Source: Candidatus Latescibacterota bacterium (GTDB lineage Bacteria; Latescibacterota; UBA2968; UBA8231). From it: a stretch of DNA of 64,000 nt. Positions 36,091 through 44,905 of the stretch are shown here, in pieces. Where the stretch lies: assembly GCA_965215195.1 (NCBI GenBank), contig CBDCDC010000002.1, positions 2,208,001 through 2,272,000 on the forward strand. The letters run 5' to 3'. The notes under the pieces are model-generated. The model saw nothing but the letters and a program-made list of their open reading frames with translations, searched no databases and had not been told where the DNA came from. The position numbers and the translations under genes are program-made. The first letter of the stretch is position 1. Each line of letters begins with the position of its first letter.

Positions 36091-36110
36091 TGCGGTCGGC
36101 CGAGTACGTC

Positions 36111-36266
36111 TCAAAACGCGGCGAGGCAAAATGGTTGATCTTCAATCCTCAAGCCGGTCACGAGCTCAGGAAGATATGAACGAAACTTCTCAGACTCGTT
36201 GCGATACTTCGAGTACAGCATTTTGATCAGTTCGTCTTTTGAATTAGGCACTTTTTTCGCAGACAT
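36111..36266 (-). CDS. Small 51-aa ORF divergent from the island, possibly a truncated gene
   Basis: Hand translation MSAKKVPNSKDELIKMLYSKYRNESEKFRSYLPELVTGLRIEDQPFCLAAF*; below the ORF-track cutoff. Confidence 0.35.
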   Translation of the reverse strand: MSAKKVPNSKDELIKMLYSKYRNESEKFRSYLPELVTGLRIEDQPFCLAAF

Positions 36267-36454
36267 GGCACACTCTGTGTTCTCAATCTTTCGTTGTCAG
36301 GCAACCAGTACTGGAATGTTAAATAAAGTTATAAAATTATAGCGTTCCGTTCAGAAAATAGCGTATATTGGAGGGCAGTTGAGTCAGGTTCATCATTCTA
36401 CCTGTGGTTTTCAAATAGTTAGTACAGTTTACTTATCCTATACATCGCAACTGA

Positions 36455-37342
36455 ATGAAGGAGGTTTCCGAAATAGTCGTGAAGACGAGTACCGTAACGT
36501 ATCGCGCCCTAAGCCTAGGAGCGGGAGCGCAGAGTTCAGTCCTAGCGCTTCTCTTATCGCGGTCCGACCCTCACTTGGTCAAACTTGGTTATCCCAAGCC
36601 GGACGTCGCTGTCTTCGCCGACACCGGGTGGGAGCCGGATTATGTGTACCGTCACTTGGACTGGCTTGAGGAGCAACTTGAGTATCCGCTGCTCCGAGTG
36701 TCAGACGGCGATCTGAAGACCAACTTAAAAAAAGGACGCACGGTGTCGAACCATCGCTTTGTCGATGTCCCTTTGTTCATGGTCAATGAGGATGGCAAGA
36801 AGGGCATGCTGCGACGGCAATGCACCAACCACTACAAAATCAGACCCATCTATCGACGGATCAGGGCACTCGCTGGTGGACAGCGTGGCCGGCCATTCCC
36901 GAAGGGTACACATGCCGAAATGTGGCTCGGGATTTCACTGGACGAGGTGGGCCGCATGAAACCGAGCAGGGAACCTTGGGTTGAGCATCGCTGGCCTCTA
37001 GTGGACCTCGGCATGTCGCGCCGCGATTGCGTCGAGTGGTTTTCTGCTGAGTATCCAGGCCGCCACTTGCCTCGATCGGCTTGTGTCATATGTCCGTATC
37101 GGTCAGATGAACACTGGCTGGAACTGAAACGGTCTGAACCGACTAGCTTTGACGAGGCCGTAGAGTTCGACCGCTGGCTCCGCAGAAGCACTGAGACGCC
37201 AGTACGCAAGCTACTGAACGGTCGTCCATATCTGCACTCCGCCCGCCGCCCCCTCGCCAGTGTCATAAAAGAACGGGAGACGGAAAGCGCGAACAGTATC
37301 AACAACTTCAATAATGAGTGCGAAGGCCTCTGCGGTGTCTGA
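36455..37342 (+). CDS. PP-loop (PAPS reductase/DndC-superfamily-like) protein with Cys motifs
   Basis: LSLGAGAQSS PP-loop, FADTGWE, RQCT..YKI.PI, GISLDE, SACVICP, C-terminal ECEGLCG. Confidence 0.8.
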   Translation: MKEVSEIVVKTSTVTYRALSLGAGAQSSVLALLLSRSDPHLVKLGYPKPDVAVFADTGWEPDYVYRHLDWLEEQLEYPLLRVSDGDLKTNLKKGRTVSNHRFVDVPLFMVNEDGKKGMLRRQCTNHYKIRPIYRRIRALAGGQRGRPFPKGTHAEMWLGISLDEVGRMKPSREPWVEHRWPLVDLGMSRRDCVEWFSAEYPGRHLPRSACVICPYRSDEHWLELKRSEPTSFDEAVEFDRWLRRSTETPVRKLLNGRPYLHSARRPLASVIKERETESANSINNFNNECEGLCGV

Positions 37343-38582
37343 AACAGAGGCGGAGAAGGTCAGTCCCAAGTACCCGCTATATCCCTACCAGCGGCAGGTG
37401 CTGGCCGACATCGTCCGTGCCCTATCATTGCCTGAGCGTCGAGCCGTCGCTCATCTTCCTACCGGTGCCGGAAAGACCAGAATCGCAGCCCACACGGCCT
37501 GTCACCTGCTCAACGAGAAAGATACCGATGACTCCCTTGTCATTTGGTTGGCGGCTACAGAGGAACTTTGCGAACAGGCGGCAGACCAACTCTCAGACGC
37601 TTGGACTTATCTGGGACGGCGAGATGCCTGCATTCACCGACACTGGGGTAATCGGTCGCTAGAACTAAGGCGTCTCCCATCCGGGTTCCTAGTGACAGGT
37701 CTTGCCAAACTGCGCTCCGCTGCGTTCCAAGACAACACCCTCCTTGCACACCTTGCACACTGTGCCGCGGCTGTCATCTTCGACGAGGCTCATCAGGCAG
37801 TTGCGGAAACCTACTCCTTCATAACTGAGCAGCTATGTAGTGTAAGGCCGCCACTTCTCGGCCTTACGGCCACGCCAGGGCGCACTACCAATCTCACGGA
37901 CGCAGATTATCGACTTGCCAACATGTTCAATCACAAAAAGGTTTCAATAGACCCAAAGGGACACGATAGCCCCGTTACTTATCTGATCCAGAACCGCTAC
38001 CTCGCCGATCCACGTTTTGTACCAATCAGCTTCGACTCCGATGCTCCAATCTCCGACCCTCAACCCGGTATGGATTACAGCACGGATGACCTCGACAGTC
38101 TAGGCCGCGACCGCGACCGCACACTCAAGATCGTCGAACTCGCCGAGGCTGCGGCTACACGTCATCCTCGTACAATCGTATTCTGTCCCTCCGTGGAAGG
38201 TGCTATGGATTGCAACTGTCTCCTTCGAGCCAAAGGAGTTCTAGCTTACGTGGTTACTGCCAATACCCCCGGTGAAGACCGTCGGGCGATCATCGACGTT
38301 TTCAGAGGCGACAGTAGGAAGCATATCGTGTTGCTCAACTATGGCGTACTCACCGCCGGCTTCGATGCACCCCGTACCCGATGCGTCATAATCGCTCGCC
38401 CCACCACATCGCTGGTGCTCTACTCACAAATGGCGGGACGAGCACTGCGCGGCCCTAGGGCTGGTGGAAATTCAAAAGCTGAGATACTCACCGTTGCCGA
38501 TACGAACCTTCCGGGGTTTGGATCTGTAACTGATGCATTCACAAACTGGGAGGAACTATGGTCGACCAACTCGCCGAACTAA
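37314..38582 (+). CDS. SF2 DEAH-box helicase (ResIII-like + helicase C)
   Basis: YPYQ Q-motif, LPTGAGKT, FDEAH, GLTATP, LTAGFDAP, QMAGRALR. Confidence 0.92.
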   Translation: MSAKASAVSETEAEKVSPKYPLYPYQRQVLADIVRALSLPERRAVAHLPTGAGKTRIAAHTACHLLNEKDTDDSLVIWLAATEELCEQAADQLSDAWTYLGRRDACIHRHWGNRSLELRRLPSGFLVTGLAKLRSAAFQDNTLLAHLAHCAAAVIFDEAHQAVAETYSFITEQLCSVRPPLLGLTATPGRTTNLTDADYRLANMFNHKKVSIDPKGHDSPVTYLIQNRYLADPRFVPISFDSDAPISDPQPGMDYSTDDLDSLGRDRDRTLKIVELAEAAATRHPRTIVFCPSVEGAMDCNCLLRAKGVLAYVVTANTPGEDRRAIIDVFRGDSRKHIVLLNYGVLTAGFDAPRTRCVIIARPTTSLVLYSQMAGRALRGPRAGGNSKAEILTVADTNLPGFGSVTDAFTNWEELWSTNSPN

Positions 38583-40414
38583 AAGATGAAGATCGCAGCT
38601 TATTTCCGGGCAATTTCACCATACGGGCTCTTCGAGACAGTAGGTATCACAACACCGCGTATGCCGTTGCCGAACTCATCGACAACTCAATAGACGCAAA
38701 TGCCCTACGGGTTGACCTCCTCTGTATGGAAGAGTTTCAGAGAGTAGGGTCGCGGAATCAGCGACGAGTTTCCGAAGTGGCGGTCCTTGACAACGGCGAC
38801 GGGATGGACGTGAAGACTCTCTTTGATGCCCTCAAATTTGGCGGAGGAACCCGTCATGATTCGGATAGAGGAGTAGGGAAATACGGGATGGGCCTCCCAA
38901 CCTCGTCAATGTCACAATGCAAAAGGGTGGATGTATGGACTTGGCAGGACGGCTTGGATTCTTCGGTATGGCACTCCAGCATCGACGCTGACGACATTGA
39001 GCGAGGGAACCATGAGGTTCCCATTCCTGATCAAGAGACGCCTATACCTGAGGTATGGATGTCCGCTGGCAGCGACGAGATCTATGAGAACCGCTCAGGT
39101 ACTCTCGTCGTCTGGACCAAACTGGACAAGATTCAGTGGAGAACCGGCAGCACTATCCTCAAACATACAGCACGGGAAGTCGGCCGGATCCATCGGCACT
39201 GGATTGATGCGGAGATGACAAGAATACGAGTCGGCTTTTTTCTTAATAACCGCCCTACCATAATTGAGGGCGAGGACTATATCGTCGCAAACGATCCTCT
39301 CTACTTGATGAAGCCTTCGTCTACTCCTGAGCCTTGGAATAACGAACCGATGTTTAGAGAATGGACCAAGAAAGAGTATACACCTATCGTGGACGGTAAA
39401 GAGGTCTCTATTGAGGTGAAGTACTCAATCGTTAAGCCTGAAGCCTTGCAGACGAACATGGTCACGCAGAATCCCGGTGCTGAAAAGCATGGTACACACG
39501 CTAGGCACAACATCGGCGTATCGGTTGTTCGAGAGGATAGGGAGATTGTGCTCGAAGACGCCTTCCTCAGAGAAGGTGGCAGTGCTGAGAACCCACAAAA
39601 CCGCTGGTGGGGTTGTGAGGTGCATTTCCGTCGCAGTTGCGATGAGTTGTTTGGCGTAGATCACAACAAGCAGATGGCTGCGAACTTCACACATGCTGCG
39701 AAAACGCTCGCCCGGGACGACCGTCCCAATCAGGTAATACTAGATGAGATGGGAGTCGACGACGACATAATCTACACCATAGTGGGAGATATCCGGGACC
39801 AAACGCGTACTATGATGCAAGCAATCAGGCAGATGTTTGCACAGCGACGCGATCCACAGAATGGAGGTGGTAGAAGAAGCCCGGAAAATAAGGCTGTGAA
39901 GACTGCCACCGACGCAGATCGAGACGCTATAGATGCAGGTATTGAGACGCCAACCAAGACTGATAGAGATCGTGAGCAAATTCCATCCCAAGAGCGGGAA
40001 GCGCGCCTTACGCAACAATTTATTGAAGCTGGTCAGGCCGATCAAGACGCCCAACGACTCGCGGAGCTGTTGGTAGAGGAAGATCTCTCATACCAGTTCA
40101 ACTCGGCTCAGCTTGACGGATTCCAGATTTTTAACGTGCGCTCGAACCAAGGAGTCCTGCACATCAATCTCAATACCGATCATCCGATCTATGACCTCCT
40201 CAAACACATTGAAGATGACCTTCCAGATGATGTCGACGAGAGCAACCCTGCGTTCCAAGCCAGTGTTGCGATCAGATTATTGCTGTCGTCGTGGGCTCGG
40301 ATGGAGGACCAGACCGAATCGCGAGAAGAGCGAACTCGCATTCAGGACATTGCCATGAACTGGGGGCGTCAGGTAGATAAGGCCATCAATCAACTGCGTG
40401 ATAGAGACGGATAG
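38558..40414 (+). CDS. MORC/GHKL (HATPase_c_3) ATPase
   Basis: AVAELIDNSIDA, DNGDGM, GKYGMGL, GTLV; S5-like region and C-terminal INLNTDHP. Confidence 0.88.
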   Translation: MVDQLAELKDEDRSLFPGNFTIRALRDSRYHNTAYAVAELIDNSIDANALRVDLLCMEEFQRVGSRNQRRVSEVAVLDNGDGMDVKTLFDALKFGGGTRHDSDRGVGKYGMGLPTSSMSQCKRVDVWTWQDGLDSSVWHSSIDADDIERGNHEVPIPDQETPIPEVWMSAGSDEIYENRSGTLVVWTKLDKIQWRTGSTILKHTAREVGRIHRHWIDAEMTRIRVGFFLNNRPTIIEGEDYIVANDPLYLMKPSSTPEPWNNEPMFREWTKKEYTPIVDGKEVSIEVKYSIVKPEALQTNMVTQNPGAEKHGTHARHNIGVSVVREDREIVLEDAFLREGGSAENPQNRWWGCEVHFRRSCDELFGVDHNKQMAANFTHAAKTLARDDRPNQVILDEMGVDDDIIYTIVGDIRDQTRTMMQAIRQMFAQRRDPQNGGGRRSPENKAVKTATDADRDAIDAGIETPTKTDRDREQIPSQEREARLTQQFIEAGQADQDAQRLAELLVEEDLSYQFNSAQLDGFQIFNVRSNQGVLHINLNTDHPIYDLLKHIEDDLPDDVDESNPAFQASVAIRLLLSSWARMEDQTESREERTRIQDIAMNWGRQVDKAINQLRDRDG

Positions 40415-40416
40415 GA

Positions 40417-41256
40417 ATGTACGGGCGGCCAGGAGACATATTGAGCAGTATTTGTTCAGGTGCTCAGCAGCTCATCATCGCGGCACCGTACGTCAAGGCT
40501 GATGCTCTTACTAAAGTTCTGGCCGACGTTAGTCCGGCAGCATCCCTCATCTGTATCACGAGGTGGAATTTACACGACTTCGCAGCAGGTGTGTCCGACA
40601 CCGAATGCCGCACTATTATAACTGAGCGTGGAGGCTCATTCAGGCTCCACCCGTCACTTCACGCCAAGTACTATCGAATCGATGATGTGATCCTCGTTGG
40701 GTCTGCGAACCTCACATCTTCCGCAATGGGCTGGTCACCCCATCCTAATTTGGAGATTCTCTGTCGTCCAAGAGACGACTTCGACGCGGATACCTTTCAG
40801 CAGTTCCTATTTGAAGGAGCGAGAGAGATTGGCGATAAGGAATTCGCACATTGGGAATCCATAGCTAAAATTGGCGCTCAAGACACGAGAAACGCAACTG
40901 GCGGCCAACCCCGGCTTGACACTTGGCGACCAGCGACTCGTGACTTTAGGAACTTAGAACTCTCCTATCAAGGCAGAGAAGACGAGATAGCTTCATTCGA
41001 TGAGCAGCGAGCGGCGCAGCGCGACATCCAAGCACTCCTAATCCCGTCGGGCTTGACCGATGAGCAGGTCCGAACGTGGGCATCGGCTTGTCTTCTCGCG
41101 GCACCTTTCACTAACGCCGTGATACGGCTACATGAGATGGAGGCACCAAGTGCTTCCCGCTCGCTCGCTGAGACCTATAGCCTCAGTTCTACCGAGGCAA
41201 GAAGAGACATGGAAACAGTACAGAATTGGCTCGCATCCCTCGTCCCTGAGACTTGA
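40417..41256 (+). CDS. Phospholipase D-like (single HKD) putative nuclease
   Basis: IAAPYVK, LHAKYY..DD...VGSANLT...NLE. Confidence 0.85.
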   Translation: MYGRPGDILSSICSGAQQLIIAAPYVKADALTKVLADVSPAASLICITRWNLHDFAAGVSDTECRTIITERGGSFRLHPSLHAKYYRIDDVILVGSANLTSSAMGWSPHPNLEILCRPRDDFDADTFQQFLFEGAREIGDKEFAHWESIAKIGAQDTRNATGGQPRLDTWRPATRDFRNLELSYQGREDEIASFDEQRAAQRDIQALLIPSGLTDEQVRTWASACLLAAPFTNAVIRLHEMEAPSASRSLAETYSLSSTEARRDMETVQNWLASLVPET

Positions 41257-41447
41257 AGTTTTGCCAAACGAAAGAGAGAAATTTGATCCTGCCTGCGTAG
41301 CCGGGGCCGGTCGGCTTATCCCACCAAGCGTACACCGCTTCGGTATCGACGGAGATATAAAAGGACCTAGAGCGACTCCTCCAGACCAGCCCGCCTATAC
41401 GTTCACAGTCGTCTCTTGCGTCCCAGTACTCGCGCATCGGCGGAAAC

Positions 41448-41554
41448 TACACGACACCAGCCCTCAGCCTGCCAAGGATCGAGGGCGTCCCGCCCTCGAT
41501 CCCGGACCCATCGGAAACAGCAGAAAATGCGTACTCTAAAGTAAGTGTCGTGTA
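41448..41554. mobile_element. MITE-like element: TACACGACAC...GTGTCGTGTA ends enclosing a REP hairpin
   Basis: 10-bp terminal inverted repeats; internal perfect stem GGATCGAGGGC-GTCCC-GCCCTCGATCC (41476-41502); related to 54444-54546 in opposite orientation. Confidence 0.65.
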
Positions 41555-41572
41555 CTAAGCTATCGGGTTACG

Positions 41573-41914
41573 CTAGCCCCAGCTCCCGTCCTTCCGCTTG
41601 TGGATGAAAATTGGATTTCCTCCAGGATCGCTGATCATGGCCACATGGCAGGCAGAGAGCTCATTCGGACCCCACTCAACCTCCACGCCTTTTCTACGCA
41701 ATTCTGCAATCGCCTCGTCAAAATCGCTCACGGCTAAGGAAAGACCGCTACCTCCTTTACCGTTTGCCAAAGGCGAGCCTTCATAAGTGCCAAACAGCAC
41801 TAATGTTATTGGAGGCACTGAAAATTCCGCCCAATTCCACTGCGGATTGTGCAGTTCCAGCTTGAGCTCAAGAGTATCCCGATAGAAGGAAACCGCTTCC
41901 TCCAAGTTATGCAC
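41573..41914 (-). CDS. VOC/glyoxalase family protein (true start probably about 12 codons upstream)
   Basis: AVSFYRDTLEL, WAEF, LRRKGV, SDPGGN; frame continues upstream (INIRGVDFVVHY) towards a GGAGGT RBS. Confidence 0.85.
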   Translation of the reverse strand: MHNLEEAVSFYRDTLELKLELHNPQWNWAEFSVPPITLVLFGTYEGSPLANGKGGSGLSLAVSDFDEAIAELRRKGVEVEWGPNELSACHVAMISDPGGNPIFIHKRKDGSWG

Positions 41915-42005
41915 ATAATGTACTACGAAATCTACTCCGCGAATGTTTATATTGACGACCTCCTTGAATGCACCTCAGAAGTTGAACTAGTCTGGGTCTC
42001 CCTTG

Positions 42006-42686
42006 TCATGCACCAGCGTCCCTCGGCACCTGAATCTTGATCCCCCAAGACAGAGTAGAGAACCTGATCGTCTCTACGGAAAAACCCAAACCGCGCAGAT
42101 AGCCGACGGACGCATCAACGTGCCAAAAAAACTCTTCTTCAATAGCGTCTGCTGTAGCGTCGTCGCCAATGGAACGATAGCGATCAATCAAAATCCGCTC
42201 CTCCTCTGCGCTCTCCAACATTAGATCCCCAAACAAAGCACACCCCCCAGGCAATAGCCGCTGCACAAGCTGATTAAATAGAAGTTCTTTCTCCTGCTGA
42301 GTAAGATGATGTGCGGCGTATGTACTAATCGCGACATCGAATGGAGGAATATCGGCGTCGAAGTACTCCAGTATATCTGCTTGCACATACGAGATATGGG
42401 ATGCTCCACGGAGCTTTTGTTGCGCAATTTTATTCATTTCAGCAGAGACATCTACACACACAAGAGACCGGCACGGCGGCAAGCGAGCGGTCAAATTTCC
42501 AGTCCCAGAGCCAAGTTCCACAACGGCCGAATCCTCGGTGATACCGGCGTTCTGCGCGCTCCAGTCAAGGACCTCGGCGTAGCCCTCTCGAATGGGATCC
42601 TCAGATCTAAGCACATCCTGATCATACGTGGCAGCATCCTCGTCGTGATTGTAGAGATCTACGTTTCTACTTCTCACCTCCGTCAT
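42006..42686 (-). CDS. Class I SAM-dependent methyltransferase
   Basis: VVELGSGTGNL, VDVS, FDVAISTYAAHHL, LLPGG. Confidence 0.88.
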   Translation of the reverse strand: MTEVRSRNVDLYNHDEDAATYDQDVLRSEDPIREGYAEVLDWSAQNAGITEDSAVVELGSGTGNLTARLPPCRSLVCVDVSAEMNKIAQQKLRGASHISYVQADILEYFDADIPPFDVAISTYAAHHLTQQEKELLFNQLVQRLLPGGCALFGDLMLESAEEERILIDRYRSIGDDATADAIEEEFFWHVDASVGYLRGLGFSVETIRFSTLSWGIKIQVPRDAGA

Positions 42687-42712
42687 CCTTTCACAGCGTT
42701 TTTGAATAACCA

Positions 42713-42981
42713 TCAAAGAAGCCCCTCCTCGCCGGGCGTCTCGTTTTCTACCGAAGAAGGGGACAACGCCCGGTGCTGTGCGCGGTTGATCGCCGCAAGA
42801 AGACGTTGGGCGTTTTTGGGCGATCTGAGGAGATGAGCCGTCGCGAGGAGGCTGGCTAATTCGTCGGCTGAAACCAGCGCGACGTCTTCGGCATTGCGCC
42901 GCCGTATAATCACCGGCTCGCGGGTGGAGGCGACTTTGTCGCAGAGGGATGCGAGTTTGGATCTGGCCTGAGTGTGGTCAT
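42713..42981 (-). pseudogene. yefM: Phd/YefM antitoxin, frameshifted near the start, toxin absent
   Basis: QARSKLASLCDKV...EPVIIRRR..EDVALVS...HLLRSPKNAQRL; the ATG at 42981 after GGAG is out of frame. Confidence 0.75.
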
Positions 42982-42995
42982 TTGGTTCTCCTTAT

Positions 42996-43022
42996 AACAT
43001 GTACCTATTTAGCGTACATGTT
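42996..43022. promoter_or_regulatory. Palindromic operator upstream of the yefM remnant
   Basis: AACATGTAC-N9-GTACATGTT perfect inverted repeat containing the TGTAC core typical of YefM operators. Confidence 0.6.
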
Positions 43023-43171
43023 GTGAAAATCTGATCAACCCCTCGGCATCGAAGAGCTCAACGACCCGCCTACAAGAGGCCGGGGCGACAGCGGACCACG
43101 CCCGCTTACTTTGACACGGTTTGCGAACATGTATAGTCTAAGTAGGGCCTTAGCGGCCCACCAAACAGCGC

Positions 43172-44905
43172 ATGAGCTTCAATCCCTTCAAACCGTTCGC
43201 CTCGTACCTCCGCCCCTATCGCTGGGCCTTGGCCATCGGCCTAACCTTTTTGCTGGGCGAACAGCTCATCTCCGTCTCCATCCCCCTCGTCCTCGAACGC
43301 GCCATTGACCAAGCCCATCAAGCCGCCCCGGACTTGGGCTTTCTCGCGCACTACGCCGCCCTCATCGTCGGCTTAGGTCTGGCGCAGTGGGGCATGGCCT
43401 TTGGCATGCGCTGGCACTTGGCCGCCACCTCGTACCGCGTTGAGCGCGACATCCGCCAGCGCTATTTCGCTCACCTGCTCACCTTGCCCTTGGGCTACTT
43501 CCAACAGGCCCGCACCGGCGATTTGATGGCCCGGGCGACCAACGATGTGGAAGCTGTACAGCGCTACCTCAGCCACGGCTTCCGCATGTTCCTAAGCGCC
43601 CTGCTCGGCTTCAGCTTGAGCATGGTGGCCATGTGCCTGTACGACTGGCAACTGACCCTCTACGCCCTGTTGCCCATGCCCATTATGACCGCAATTTTGC
43701 GCGTGGTGGGCGGCAAAGTGCGCCGGCGCTATCGCTTGGTCCAAGAGCAGTTTGCCGCCATTAGCACCTGCTTGCAGGAAAACCTCGCGGGCGTGCGCGT
43801 GGTCAAGGCATTTGCCCGCCGCCTCGGCGAGATCGACCGCTTCACCCGCCTCAACCACGAGTACGTTGAGCGCAACCGCCGCCTGATCTACATGTACAGC
43901 ACGTTTTTCCCCTTCACCTTCCTCATCAGCGGCCTGTCTATGGTGCTCATTCTGTGGCTGGGCGGCATCCGCGTCGTCGAAGGGACGCTTACCTTAGGGG
44001 CCTTTGTCGCTTTCAACGCCTACTTGATCCGCATGAGCCGACCCATGATGATGATGGGCCGCATTGTCGATGAATACCAGCGCGCCATGGCTTCCACGCT
44101 GCGCATTGAGTCCGTGCTCAAAGAAAAGCCTCAGACCGACCAGCACCGAGACGACGACTTGGCGATCAAAGGCGAAATCGAATTCCGCCGCGCCTCCTTT
44201 GCGTACAACGGCCAAGCCGTGCTGCGCGACATAGACGTCCACATTCCGGCCGGCAGCACCCTCGCCATCGTCGGCCGAGTCGGAGCGGGCAAGAGCACAC
44301 TGGCCCGACTCATCCCCCGGCTCATCCAAGCCGGCGAGGGCCAAATTCTCATCGACGGCAAACCCATTGAACAAATGCCCCTGCGCACCTTCCGCAACGC
44401 CATCGGCTACGTGCCGCAGGACACCTTCCTGTTCTCCGAAAGCATCCGCGACAACATCGCCCTCGACTTGGCCACCCCGGACGACGTCGCCCGCGCCATT
44501 GAGGTGGCCCAACTAGCCGCAGACCTCAAGACCTTTCCCCAAGGGCTGGAGACCATCGTCGGCGAGCGCGGCGTCACCCTGTCGGGCGGCCAGAAGCAGC
44601 GCACGGCCTTGGCCCGTTCGGTCGTGCGACAACCGAAAATCCTCATCCTCGACGATTCCTTAGCCAGCGTCGATACCCGCACCGAAGAGCAAATCCTCAA
44701 GCGCCTGCGCCAGATTATGGCCGAGCGCACCACCATTCTCATCGCCCATCGCATCTCCACGGTCATGGCCGCAGACCGCATCATTGTGCTCGACGAAGGG
44801 CGCATTGTCGAAGAGGGCACCCACGACCAATTGCTCAACCGCGATGGCCTGTACGCCGAGATGTACCGCCGCCAGCACCTCAGCGAGGAATTGAGCGACC
44901 TCTAA
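43172..44905 (+). CDS. ABC exporter, fused permease/ATPase (MdlA-like)
   Basis: TM domain, TGDLMAR, GRVGAGKS, LSGGQKQR, ILDDS, IAHR. Confidence 0.93.
   Translation: MSFNPFKPFASYLRPYRWALAIGLTFLLGEQLISVSIPLVLERAIDQAHQAAPDLGFLAHYAALIVGLGLAQWGMAFGMRWHLAATSYRVERDIRQRYFAHLLTLPLGYFQQARTGDLMARATNDVEAVQRYLSHGFRMFLSALLGFSLSMVAMCLYDWQLTLYALLPMPIMTAILRVVGGKVRRRYRLVQEQFAAISTCLQENLAGVRVVKAFARRLGEIDRFTRLNHEYVERNRRLIYMYSTFFPFTFLISGLSMVLILWLGGIRVVEGTLTLGAFVAFNAYLIRMSRPMMMMGRIVDEYQRAMASTLRIESVLKEKPQTDQHRDDDLAIKGEIEFRRASFAYNGQAVLRDIDVHIPAGSTLAIVGRVGAGKSTLARLIPRLIQAGEGQILIDGKPIEQMPLRTFRNAIGYVPQDTFLFSESIRDNIALDLATPDDVARAIEVAQLAADLKTFPQGLETIVGERGVTLSGGQKQRTALARSVVRQPKILILDDSLASVDTRTEEQILKRLRQIMAERTTILIAHRISTVMAADRIIVLDEGRIVEEGTHDQLLNRDGLYAEMYRRQHLSEELSDL

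Noticed and set aside
36455-37342. Annotation as sulfate-assimilation CysH or canonical DndC
   Set aside because: No cys or dnd neighbours, an atypical PP-loop (SLGAGAQS rather than SGGKDS) and a different C-terminal motif; kept at superfamily level
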